From: Neoechinorhynchus agilis
Lineage: Eukaryota > Animalia > Acanthocephala
Length of the DNA stretch: 64,000 bases
Reading direction: 5' to 3'
Assembly: GCA_051530055.1 (NCBI GenBank)
Contig: CM121343.1
Coordinates: 4,496,389 to 4,560,388 of the forward strand
Part shown: in pieces, positions 10,986-26,510 of the stretch
Layout of the letters: the number at the start of each line of letters is the position of its first letter
How positions within the stretch are numbered: the stretch's first letter is position 1
Program-made: the position numbers and the translations under genes
Notes under the pieces: model-generated
Seen by the model: the letters and a program-made list of their open reading frames with translations, nothing else
Databases searched by the model: none
Told to the model about the DNA's origin: nothing

Positions 10986-12510
10986 TCACTTTTTATCAAC
11001 ATAAAATGTACCACTCGAATCAATTCCAATATCCTTTATAAATCGACAATCACCCTCCTTACATTCAAACGCCCCGAGCTTTAGAAAAGCGGGACTTGTA
11101 ATACTAACAGAATCCGGAACGCAATCTTCGTGAGAATACAGAAAATAAAAGATATCGTTAACTGTGTGATTGCTCATTAAAAACCTCCTCCGCAGTCTTT
11201 TCCCTTTTGGACATACAAAATTAAGGACAATACAGTCAGGATCGGACGCTTCAGGTTCGCTGCTCACCGATTCCTTAGCCCGTTGCCTAGCTGTAGCAAT
11301 CGCTAGCCTTTGCTCTTCAGCCTTCAACTTGCTATCTCGTAGTTGCTTTTCTTCCAACTCACGCTTCGCATCCTTCATTCTGTCGATCATGAGTGACTCA
11401 CGGTACCGCTCATCCTGTTGACGCCTCAAATCCCTATCCTCCTGGATTTTTCGTCTCCTTGCGGCTTCATCCTGCAACATATCATCGGCCATCAAACTTG
11501 CGTCCCTCAAATGCCCCACTAATTCGTCGATCGTCAATCGCCAGAAATCGAACCGTCGAATCAGTGCACCGGTGCTGCTTTCTTTTGGCACATACACACC
11601 CATAAATGGCGATGACGTCACTCGTACCGAATCGACGCGGCCACCACTGCCTCCTTGATTCGCGCCGTTGTTGTTGTTGTTGTTGATCGTCGTGGTGTAA
11701 GTGTAGGGGTTGCGTAACAAGCGCAGATCAGGAGACGCGGAAAGACACGTCCAAAACATGAAAGAAGAATTGAGCAGATCAACAACGGACGCATTCGATA
11801 AGAATCGATCACAGAAGGTGGTGCATCTTTGATCAGCCGGGTCATGGATGTACAACGTACTGGCCAGATTTCCTTAGCACTGCCCAAATCGACGAAGGAA
11901 ATCTGATCAGTCACTGATAAATCAATAAACTACGCAGTCGCTGATAAGAAACCAATTTGCCCTCACTAAAACGACCAGCCACAAGCGATGAGCCGACACC
12001 CGCGTACTTGTCCCGAAGCTCCATTCGAAATTGAGTGGATGGTACGTCATCGTCGCCATCATCATCATCATCATCATGAATGCCGATTGAGTGCTGCCGA
12101 TTATTAATACCATACATTAAGATTGAGATATCATCTCTAAACATAAACCAGGATATCCATGACAACAGAAACCGATAAATCGAACCAAAAATTCGAAACG
12201 GACTTGTCGATACTATCCATCGGGCTAACGAGCATGCATACGTAAAGTAGTGCTCAAATACGGATAAATGAGCTGAAGAGGGTACTCGGGGTGCTTCATC
12301 ATCATCTTCTAAAAGTGGGGAGGAATCGTGCCCTGATAAATAGTGATTAGCCGCCGCGTGGACATCTCCATCAAAACGGGTTAACAAACTACGTGCGTCC
12401 TCCTCTGTCATATAAAGCATTTCTTGCAAGCCCGTCATTGCATCCATAAACGCCGAAGATCGACGGTAACTGTCGTTTTGATCTGTGGACTCAGATTGTT
12501 GTGAAGACAT
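10986..12510 (-). CDS. FAF2: FAF2/UBXD8-type UBA-UAS-UBX protein (p97/VCP adaptor), two exons
   Basis: UBA-like N-terminus (MGLQEM...ARSLLTRFDGDVHAAANHY), UAS (YIHD...FC...FMFWTC), coiled coil LRRQQDERYRESLMIDRMK, and UBX (FVCPKGKRLRRRF). One intron ends at 11860; the most likely canonical donor is 11914. Confidence 0.85.
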
Positions 12511-13456
12511 CTCTAAAAATTAACAATGAACTCTCCTCGGAATGCTCTAAAGATCATTCTCTTCAAAAACAGTCTCTGGAAGAAATTCGGATGAACCGTA
12601 GATAACGAGTGCCAGTGTTTTTAAGTGGCCGCGTCGATGAGAAATGTATTCGAAAATGTCGGGAGTGTCGTGCCGTTAGGAACTCATTAAAGAAACCTTT
12701 GGGCCTAATAATCTATTTTGGATTCCACGCAGTGTTTGGCGCTGTGACGTCACATAATGAATTTTTAGGGCAAGTTTGATTTCCTATCGTCATCCGTTCT
12801 ATGCACTTTGTTATAAGATTTCATTTTTTAGCGATGACGAAAATCCGAGGAAGAATTGCTTGAATTTGCAATTAAAATTCCTAACTTTTGCGATTTATGA
12901 AAACTGCGAAGATCAAGCTAAAGATATCGGTTATATGTGGTTTTGTATGTAGCAGACATTTTTGTCGTTGGGTGTTTACGCGAGGTATTTTTATGTTATT
13001 AATTAGGCCATTCGCGTGGACAAGAAGCGATGCTTTTCCCGATTTCTCAAGTTCACATTGATTCCCAAATGATGGTTGAAAACATTTGCTATAACGAGCT
13101 TTATATAAATATTGAACACGGAACCCCCCGCGCGCACACACAAGCGCATATTTTGAACAATTGAACAGTAGTACATGATGTGTGCACAGTCAGTGTTTTA
13201 CACGAAGGGGACTTTAGAGGATCGACATATAATCTATTCGGATTGTGCAATTGTTGGTTTCAAAATGGAGATGATAAACGGCGTCCTTGTATTAATCGAA
13301 CTTTTTTTATTGATCATGAGCACGAAAGGGGAGATTGGTATGGTGATAGTGTGCCGACGACTACCCAATGACACATGATGATTGGGAGGATATTTGGTGC
13401 ATATATATTGGTTCTCTTAAAGCAACGCACAAAAACGATGGACTCGTACGTCATCA

Positions 13457-16448
<2,992 letters not shown>

Positions 16449-16459
16449 TTCTAGAAGAT

Positions 16460-16790
16460 ACACGAGTCGAAATTTTTCGAAAACAGATATTTCAAATCCG
16501 TCCCTTCGACGAAAACCCGATCCGAGCTCCAGAGTGCCGCGCGCGCATTCGACGACGTAATCGTTGCGTCGAAGTTGTAGCGCCCGAATGTCGACGACTA
16601 GTTTGTGTGTGTGTGCGGTAAACGCCGCACGCGCGCGCGGCATTCACATAAAGCGACGGGCGCTTCGATGCGCGTGCGCGCAGCACCACGGCAACGCACG
16701 CGAACTCTGTTGCGAGCGAGCGCAGTGTGCCGAGTTGTTTTAGGCGGTGCCGATAGGCGGCGTAGGGCATCGACACTGTAGCTCTCTCTC
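16460..16790. promoter_or_regulatory. GC/CpG-rich tract with (GC)n and (AC)n runs upstream of DDX3; probable promoter or outron
   Basis: Seen directly: GCGCGCGC, GCACGCGCGCGCG and (GT)n inside an otherwise AT-rich genome, between the MS4A-like stop and the DDX3 start. Function is inferred. Confidence 0.4.
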
Positions 16791-17175
16791 GCTGAGAATC
16801 TCAAGCGAAATGGGTGTTCAAAGTTTGTTTTCGTCCTTTTGTTTTGGTGTTGTGTCTTTCAGGAATCTGTGGAGTGTTCTAGACAATCACAAGGTTCCTT
16901 GTTGTGTCGGTAGTAACGTTCTTGTGCTAACGGACGGTCCAATTGATTTCAATCGTATCGCTTCGAGCTGATATTCGGTTTGACTTTCGGATACTTGACT
17001 AAAAGGCTGTACACATCGCCATTACAAAACGATGGTGTAATAAACACGCACACTCCTTTTTAGAAAAGATCAAGAAATCTCCCTGATTTCGAGGTATTTT
17101 AGTCATGCACAAATCAAAGACTTTTTCTTACTGGCGAGCTTATTAACCACGGGTTTTTTTAAATCAAGTTGTTGT

Positions 17176-17790
17176 TTATCGGACGAATGGTCTCGCTCCA
17201 GGATAATAGCCTCCTGCTCGTCCGTACAAAGGAGGAACAAACGAACCCGGTGCTCTCGGACCAGTTGGTCCTCGGAGCCTCGTATCCATGCAAGCATCAG
17301 CTAGACATCCTAGGCAGGCCAACAAAGATGCCAATAGGAACGCTATGACTCCGACGGCGATAAGAATCGCGTTCATGGTGTATTCCACGTTTTGTTCGTT
17401 ACTGCGATTGGCAAAGCTTTGTAGATTATTATGTCTGTAAAATTCGAGTTGCGGTATAGCACTTAGCATCAAGAAAAAGGCGAGGATCGCTGATATTGCA
17501 GCTAATATGGTCGTCGCAGCTATGGCTTTCGAAGTCCTCTCCCTTTGTGAACATATAGCAATAATTCCAGTCGCCATCAGGAACAATCCGACCCATATTC
17601 CCTTTCCTAACATTGGCCACATTGAATAATCACTGGCGATATTTGTGAACCTTCTCGTATCGTTTACTTTGGCGACACCCGTTTGGGATCTTCGACTGAT
17701 ATCAATGCTTGAAAAAATAAGTGCGAGTAATCCCAGTAAGAAAAGTGATCCTCCGAGGATTATACCAGCGGGGCTTCTGCCCCACCTCAT
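17176..17790 (-). CDS. 204-aa four-TM membrane protein (MS4A/CD20-like topology) with a G/P/Y-rich C-tail
   Basis: Intronless ORF from MRWGRSPAG with four hydrophobic segments and GKGIWVGLFLMATGIIAI, which resembles the MS4A second helix. Confidence 0.75.
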   Translation of the reverse strand: MRWGRSPAGIILGGSLFLLGLLALIFSSIDISRRSQTGVAKVNDTRRFTNIASDYSMWPMLGKGIWVGLFLMATGIIAICSQRERTSKAIAATTILAAISAILAFFLMLSAIPQLEFYRHNNLQSFANRSNEQNVEYTMNAILIAVGVIAFLLASLLACLGCLADACMDTRLRGPTGPRAPGSFVPPLYGRAGGYYPGARPFVR

Positions 17791-19510
17791 ATTTACTTTG
17801 GTCTGATAGTACGTATCGAACATTTTTTGTTTCAGTTTTTGTGCTTATGCGTCCAGATCGCTGCTACTTATTTGCCACTTCGTCGTCGAGCAACAGTTTG
17901 TTTTATGTATACAAGAGAGAAAGAGAGTTTAAAAGAAGCGGCGCGATATGCGCATTTACTAAAGAAAAGTCATCATGAGCATTCGTACTTAAAATGTTCA
18001 CATACACTTTATGGGAAAAATGTACACTTAAGCAATGACGCTTTTCACTCACTAACATTACTCATGTTTCGTCGTAAAAAAGGCAGCAGCGGCGGCGGCG
18101 AAATGCACCCTAAAATTCCAGCTAAAGGGGTTTACTCGAAAACTCACTTTGAATTATTTGCATCTATTTGAGAGAGCCATACTACAAACAAAACTGCACA
18201 AGTAACGCGGATACATCATCGAAAAAAAAGAATCACATGGTTTTAGGTATTTTAGTCGGTCCTAGACGTCTTCGCCTACTAAAGTGAACACTCACGTCAT
18301 GCTTATTTTTTAGATTTGAATTGTCGGCAAAATAATAAGAAAAAATCCTGAATAAAAGATTTCTGGAATCGATTTACCCAGAAGTGTCGACGCCTAACTT
18401 AAATATTCGATTATAAGGAGGACTTCTACAATTCGACAAATTCTTATGTGAGATATCAGTCATCATTATCATGCTTCTTATTTCCAAGTAGATCCCATAG
18501 CTCTTTTTTGTCATCAATAGAAGCGAGTTCTGCCTCATGAAATGGGTCGAAGGACGCCAATGTCCATTCGTCGTAACACTTGATCAAATCTGAAGAACTA
18601 GTACTGCTCTCGTAATCTTCCCCAGTTGTCCTTGCACAACAATCAGTACTACTCGCAAACTGAGTTGTCGCTGCCGTTGACTGTTCTACAACATTAAACG
18701 GCTTTTGGTGCCATTGTCCATTCGAAGCGCTCGTTGTCGGATGTAATAGTGACCATTTTCTAGTATTTTTAAAGGCTTTGTGCTTAAACTCACGACCTAA
18801 CCCAGCCGTTCTTTTATTTTTGCAAGCATCCCCAAGATCACTGAAGCAAAAAAATTAAACTGAATAGCCTAACACGGGAAGGGCTGAAAATAAAGCCAAC
18901 AGAAAGTAAAAATAGGAACTGTATAAGGGAAAACCATTTTGAATTAAATCGTCAATTTAATTGGATTGGCAATCATTTCGGCTCATCCTAAAAATTGCAT
19001 CGGTTTATCATCAATTATGCAAAATTTTCCCCATTGATTCCCAACGTTCTTAACAGTTAGAATGAGCAAAACGATACACTTTTACGATTTTTGATCGGGA
19101 GTCAAAATTTGACTTGTCACATCCTAAATTGTAAATCCATAGAATGTGGTCGTTTACGGAAAGCTAAAAAAGAATCATGCTTTAATGAAATAAATACACC
19201 AGCGAACTTTGTTTACAGGTAATGAATATCTTTTATATAATTACTTTCTTTAATCCATCTATTACAAATTTGGGATATGTGGGCTGTTGAATGATGCCAA
19301 ATGACTGAACAATTTTCTACCACCGCTTTAAGGAAATCGTGGAGCTATAAAAACGGTTACACTAGAGCGATTAAATGCAATGGTCTACAAAAAGCGCAAT
19401 TTTTTCATAATAATTGCAATTTAATTTCGAATCTGTCGGTTTAAAATCAGCTAAAAATAAGAACCAGCTCACCGCTTACGAAACCAGTCCGGACGTCGAT
19501 ACACACCTCT

Positions 19511-19830
19511 GGCATTCTCGAACCGAGTCACCTACGCCGTTCACACGGCAAGCGTTCCGACGGGATCACTTTCTCCCCCTGGAGCAAGGGAAAATGCTTA
19601 TTATAGGATGCTTCGACTCACTCGCCACCTTGCGGACAGAAGCGACCGTATCTGAGAAACGAAAATCAGCTTAATGTGAAGATCTGCTGCGGGGAATTAC
19701 CTTACGCCGATTGGCGTATCGATAATTCTACTCATAAAATATGCAAGGAGATTGGCCGCCGCTTTATACAAAGTATAAGCCTAGCCATCCAAAGAGGCAA
19801 CGCCTCAATCGTCCGAGAAGGACTACTAAT
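19511..19830 (+). mobile_element. 3' fragment of a CRE-clade non-LTR retrotransposon (restriction-like endonuclease), degenerate
   Basis: Translation ILEPSHLRRSHGKRSDGITFSPWSKGKCLL*DA and KEIGRRF...SLAIQRGNASIV match the CRE/Cnl1-type RLE signature (EPxGL.RxDGKRPDG...W...QRGNA). Confidence 0.8.
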
Positions 19831-20048
19831 ACCTTTATTATACTTTGTGACTACGTAAAAAAGTTTAAGTGTTCATCAAACTTAACAATGCACGAATAAA
19901 CAATGTGCCTAAATTGCATAGAGTTTGTATAAAAAAACACACACAAACAAATCAATAATGATTTTGCACTCATGTAGTTTTTTGGACATCTACTTAATGA
20001 TTAAAAATTTCAATGCTTTCATTTATTGGGCATCACTAATTAAATGTT

Positions 20049-20260
20049 TTTTGACTTGTGTGGTGAATATAGTCGCCCGGTTAAAAATCATTTTATTGTT
20101 CGCGAAATATTTGGAAAGAGGAAACATTGCTTTATCAATCATTGCTTGTAAGTTTTTAAATAAGCAATGATCGATAAAGTAATGTTTCCTCTTTCCAAAT
20201 TTTTTGCGAACAATAAAATGATATTTAATCGGACGACTATATTCACCACACAAGTCAAAA
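20049..20260. repeat. Inverted repeat: 99-bp arms, 14-nt loop, 7 mismatches
   Basis: Arms 20049-20147 and 20162-20260 aligned by hand. The ORF track shows near-identical peptides on both strands here. Confidence 0.95.
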
Positions 20261-22633
20261 TTTATCATCCCGGTGGACTTTCTCTCGATGTGATTAAATG
20301 TTTTTGCGCCTTAACAAGATTAAATTTTTTGATTTTAAGGGAAAATGGAACAAGAGTCCATTGAGAAAAGAACGACGTGTTGCTTAATTTGTCAATTGAC
20401 CATTTGTCGTCATCGCACTCCTCAGCATCGACGGTTGCAAGTGTACAAAGAGAAGTCGAGAATGACTCTACTGGGGTACTCACTGGGTTTCGATTTGGCT
20501 TTCCGGATAATGTATCAGACTCCAAGCTGAAATCTATCTATTCGTAGTGAACAACAACAACAATAATAATAAAAACAGCGAAGATAAAACTAACGAAACG
20601 CGAGAGTATTTCCTCCGTCAGTTTGAAACCGTATTGGGGCAATTTATAGAACTAAATACATTTTTTAATTTTCGATTCAATCTGATTGAACGTGTAACAC
20701 CACCACATACCGGCTGCTGAGGAGTATATCGAGAATCAAAGACCATTGGGATTTCGTCTATAACCTCACTGAAATTGTACTTCTTTTGTCCAACTTAAAC
20801 ACAAATAATAGAGAATTAATGGGACAAAAATGTTAACGTTCATACCAGAGTAAAGAACCATAACAAGCTCACTAATGTCGAAATTGGTGATCGGAGACTA
20901 TATCTGAAATCTAAAAACCAATCCTGTGTTCCGAATGGACCAATGTACGTATGAACGATTACGTCTTAAGTTAGCATTCTTTCGTGCCTTGCACAGAGCG
21001 GCATCATCCACTCACAGCTGCGTCTGATATGACGTCGTTGGGATTTTTAGGCGTTTAAATCGGCAATCAATGTTGGAATCGACTTTGTTTAATGTGCGCG
21101 AATCAAAATGCCGGTGCTTTTACGCGTTGCTAATCTGAAAGCCAAAAGAGCTACCAAACTCGGACTTGGTCCGCACAACTCCAAAAGTATCTTTAATTCT
21201 TGGGCCATTTCAGGCCTACTCTTCTATTCGAGAGGCAGACCCTCCCGAACAACGACCAATCTTCACTAACACTTTCCTTGAAGCTTTGAGCAAACTCCCT
21301 TACTCCTGGATGCACAACGACGGCTGGGCTAAAAAAGCACAAAAATGGACAGCAATAATCTCAAGGCAACTATTTGATCGCAGGTTTCACATCATTTAAC
21401 TACGATCTTTACTGTCTTCTTCGAATAAATATTATTAATTAAAAATGCCGGTTAGAATAGGCTCGTTTATTGATCAGTAATCAAGAACATGACTTTTCTT
21501 CGAAGTAAGCAATTTTGTAGAAATCTGATCGTTTTAAGGAAGGCACAATCTCGTACGCGTTTTTAATACGGAACCAAAATTCTTTTAATTGTTCACCGTC
21601 ATAAAAAAAACAAGCATGAATAGTTCAATCGTCAAACAAATAAATCTATTGTTGTTATTGTTAGAGCAGGGAAATAAACTTATAAAGTGATAAACACACA
21701 ATAACTAATGAAAACAATTTAAGGAAAAATGCGTAATTTGTCTTCTAGTCTCAGTGACGAAATCTTAATTGAAGAAATAGAATTAACAAGATCAAAATAG
21801 GTTTGGCCATTAGAAAAGATATTTCAACTCTGGTAAATACTCGAATATACTTCATAAGTATTTATTAAAATTATAATGAATAAAGGAAACATTCTGTTTG
21901 ACCGAAGAGTGGCCTTATGATGATGGTAAATCCTTAAAGGCGCTCTTAAGAAACTTTGCTAACCCTTCAGGTTTCCTCAAGAAGGACATTGGCATTTATA
22001 AAGGCTTGCATTGAATATTTTACTGATTTTTCGTAAAATCAATCTATTTTGCCATTATCGAATCGCACCCACAAAATCTGGCACATTCCCGAAAATACGG
22101 CAATTTATCTTAGAACGCAGCATTACATTTAGACGCTAATGAAAATGACCGTCCGGTGCTGAACGCAACCACATATTTAGGTATAATCAACTACCCATTG
22201 ATAAGAAATACAGCCAAATTCGAGTAATCGGACCGGCAGCTCACTATGATAAAGCCGATCGCGTCGCGCTGTGGTCAGTTTAACCATGGAATCGACGTTA
22301 GTTTAAAAAACTAAGTGCTGAAATCGTAAATCTGGAGCGATTAAATCCCAAGTTAACGATTTCAGCAATTGGATTTCAAATTTACAGTTGATTCGGGGTA
22401 ATGGGATCGACCGCTCCTAAAAAGGAAACCGAACCGATATTCACTGGAATCGACTGCATATTTTTGCATTCCAGGTTAAAATGCGGATTACGTAGCGCCA
22501 AACTTTACGAGAAATAGCTCGATTTTTGAACTTTGAGCATACTGCACTTTTGAAAAGTGAATTCTTCTGGGTCTTATCGTTTGAGACTGATATCTTGAAG
22601 GATCTTTGCATCGACATTCAGCAGTTCGAAGTA

Positions 22634-23721
22634 ATGGCTACTTATTCCGACGTTGATGACTCGGATGGGCGTTTTGTTTATGGTGAATTTCGCGGTGATG
22701 TTGATCAAGACGAGTTCATTTCAGCTATAACGAACAGAATAGATTTTGAAAAGACTAAAGAGGAGCGATCGGCGGTTGCGGCGACGATTGTGAATGTTTC
22801 GATCTCTTATCCGTTTCATTACGTGAAGACTTTGATGCAGATGGGTCATGAACCTCTGCCTCCATACATAAGAAGCGGTATGTTTCCATTCGGTGGTTCT
22901 GGATATTATTTGCCTGGTATACCAACGTACCTTCGTTACATTCGACAAGTCGATGGAACCAGTGGCCTTTGGCGAGGATGTTGTTCGTACATTGTATCAA
23001 AAATCGTGCTCAATTACACTACTCTTCGGTTTAAGAAGGTCTTACTAGCAAAAGAAGACACTAAAGAACTTGATAGAAGTGGGAGCGGTAGGGAAGCAGC
23101 TTTAGATTTATTCGTCCAAAGACTGCGCACCGACATTGTTGCCTCTTCATTCGGCATTGTACTCAGCCATCCGTTCTATGTGGTCGCTGTTCGCTGTATG
23201 GCTCAGTTCGTTGGTGGTGAATCTAAATATAGTTCAATTAATATAGTTCAAAGCTTTGCTGCCATTTACGACCAACAAGGAATATCTGGATTTTTCTCTG
23301 GCTTAATACCGAGCCTTCTTCTTAATGGTACTAGTGTCGCAATTACAAGTTGGCTCTCATTCATCATTCAAAATCATGTTATAAAAAATAAGAATTACGA
23401 TCAGTTCACTAAAATGTTTTCAACGGTAATTATCGAACAATTATCATCGCATCATTCTCCATTTCCATTTCAGCTGATTGCTGGCTCAATTACTTATCCA
23501 TTGGCCGTTGTGACAACTATCGCGTCCGTCAATAATTCTGGAATCGAAGCCGGTTGCCCTCCCTGCATGCCCATTTTTGATGGATGGTTCGATATTTTAG
23601 TCTACTTGGCCAGAAATGTAATTTCTTAAGTTTTCACCGTAGTTTTTAACCAAATGTTTAGAACCAATTGAAAAGAGGAGCCGGATTCTTTGCCCGATCA
23701 ATCAATATGCCATTGTTATAG
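22634..23721 (+). CDS. MTCH2: Mitochondrial carrier homolog (MTCH1/2 family), three exons
   Basis: YPFHYVKTLMQMGHEPLPP, LSHPFYVVAVRCMAQFVGGESKYSS, GFFSGLIPSLL and VNNSGIEAGCPP. GT-AG introns at 23426-23473 (48 nt) and 23618-23661 (44 nt). Confidence 0.92.
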
Positions 23722-25998
23722 TCTCATTCTTAAGTTCTCAAATCTCATGATAAAAATTCTCTTTTTTCATACAGCATCATATTAATTATCATGGGAAATA
23801 TGGGAGAGTAGATAGCAGTCATTACACAATCTTCATGATTAAAAAACCGTGACCAAAATCGATCAAAATAGACACTTTTAACATTCAATTTGAATGTCGT
23901 TGCTTTAATTGCTTGACGTTTCCTAAATCGTGCTCTCGAAGACATCCACTGATGATGTAAATTTTTGTAGTCTTATTATTTGATATATAAGCGCCAATCG
24001 ATTGGTGTTTAAATTGGTCAATGAATACAATCGCTATTTTCAGTGTTTGTGTCTTAAGTCTACATACTAAGATAAATCGTAAAGTCCGTTCATGCGTTTG
24101 AATCTATCATTTGTGCTTTGTTGTTTCTTAGAAATCGTCGTCCGGGAGATTATGCAACTTATTAATAACAATAGGAAAGTAGCGATTTATGATTTTAGCA
24201 CGAGGAATGGATTATCGGAACTTTCGATAGAAGTTCTTAATATTAAGTTAAATTCGTGGAATTACATTCGTCAATTTTAAACAGGATAGATAATTCAACC
24301 GAGATTTTTAAAATTAAAATCCAACGCCAAATAATATTCTTATTTGTTGGATAACATTAGGATTATGAGCATTTGAAGATATTCGAAAAGAAATTAGACA
24401 TACTTTTTGTCGGTTCACATTACTGTTTTAAGTTATTGCCGACATTTAAGTTTGATAAAAACATTTCAATCACTTTAGTTTCTTTTGGTAGTTATCCCCA
24501 CTCTGATTTAACATTTAAATCCCTTGATAATGTCGAAATAATCCGACGAAAAGTCGGCAATAAATCTATGAATTTAAATACTTGCAGGGAAAACTACCAA
24601 AAGAAAGTATCTTTTCCCCTGAAGATAATAATCCAAGACATCAATCACTTCATAATCTCGTCCTCTGCTTATTTCCTGCTAGAAATAAGAATTTTAAACC
24701 TCAGTAGGATTCGTATTCTTCTCAGGGATTGATTTAAAATCTTAAATGGTTTGAACAATACTGGATCGGTGGCGACTGATTTCAAACTCAAATGTGGGTT
24801 CGTATTTTTTATTACTATGAGCAAGTTTTGCTTTGAAAATACAAACGCTAAAGCTTTCTTTGTTTCCTGACTCGCGTCGTTGTGTGTCCAAAGAAAACTG
24901 CATCTTTTCTTTTAGCAACTGTTTGATACGATTAATTCTGAACACAGAATGCGATTTGGCTTTTAGTGATAATGCTCGCCATAATCGGCCATTGTCAATC
25001 GGTCGAAATATATTCATCTTTAACGATCTTACTCGGGTGTCGACAAGCAACCTAAACAATAACTTTAACGTTACTTTGACCAATTCAAAAATCGCCCAAG
25101 TTCTTATTATGTTTTTCACTAACAAACTTTCACTGTGAAAAGCGTCTTCATAACTTTCACTTTTATTTTCAATCAATTTACAATTGAACGCTTCATAAGA
25201 AACGCAAAAAATCAATGTGAAGAATTCTGCTCACTTTCCACGCATATTTCATCGCCTCACAAGCCGTCCTGCAAACAATAACCACCAACTTTCCAAACCG
25301 ACCGGGCCCGTAATCCATTGCAAAAAATCAACAACCTCATTCATTTATCCTTTCAGAACTCGAGTGTTCATATGAACTTAAACGGGGACATGGGTCCTAT
25401 TCTTCTTTGTTGTTTAGCTAATAAAACTTATTATTACTATCAATAAGCACTCCTTTGAGGTCTTCGAATTCATTTGATTCGATGCTAATGTTCTGCCGAA
25501 AACCAGGATTAGTTCTTTAATCGCGGGTGCGGAATCCTTCTCTTACAAACTAGATTCTCGGTCATCCCAAAGTAAATAATCTCTTCCAATTCTAATATTT
25601 ATCGATTAACAACTGATAAGCCACCTAATTTTCATTTTCTGGATTATCCGGAACACAATTATTTTGCATGTTCATAAGTGTAACTTCAGTCTGCATTGAA
25701 CTTTGTTTGACTGAAATCACAATCTTTCCCCATCCTTCCATTTTTGTTTTGCACAACCCTCGTCGTCGGTATTCCTCCATTTTTGTTAATCATCATCACA
25801 AATTTATTTTGCCACCTGATTTGAGGTTGCTTTAAATTCAAAGTAGATGACTCTCGGAAGTTTCTGTAATAATAACCGGGTCTTTTTGCGCCACCAATAA
25901 TCATCGAGAGAGAAAATCCGACGGAAAAAAGTACCGGGGTCATTTGCTTTGAATTTAAAGCAACCCCAAATCAAGTGGCAATAAAAACAATTTGTGAT

Positions 25999-26062
25999 GT
26001 CATAATCCCCCGGATAAAAGATGTTTTATTGATTTGAAATATCTTTTATCTGGGATTATGAC
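25999..26062 (+). ncRNA. Pre-miRNA-like hairpin (candidate)
   Basis: About 26-bp stem with one 2-nt bulge, two G-U pairs on the + strand and a 10-nt loop. No match to a miRNA family I recognise. Confidence 0.35.
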
Positions 26063-26510
26063 CTATTAAATCTCTTTTAATTTGTCGATGGCCTTTTCGG
26101 ACTGGGCTATGCAAAAAATTACGATTATTGAGTCACATAAATATTCGATTGTTCATCGATCGCTGACAAGTTTCTTGTTCCACATTTGAGTTTGCCATCA
26201 ATCGCCAGCGATCCAATATTGTTCAAACCATTTAAGATGTTTATCCAAATCCACTGAATGCCTAGTTTTATTTTTAAATTGTTTTTTTCAGGATGCAATG
26301 ATTGAAGCTCCTTACACGCAGGGAGAACATTTACGCTTTTAAATTTTTGTTCAATGAAAAAACAAGAACTCTTGAACATCTTATGGAATTTTTTTAAACA
26401 GGCGCTATAAAAACGCTCTAGGCTTTCTCAAGTGACGTATTAACTCATGAGTACATGTACAGTGGTAGTAGTAGCTTTTGAGCGTCCATGTGAGTTTTAT
26501 ACGCAGTGTA

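Noticed and set aside
24000-25350. Possible multi-exon minus-strand gene, with another C|GGT donor near 25287
   Set aside because: I could not build a phase-consistent model and found no homology to anchor it, so it is not counted as evidence.
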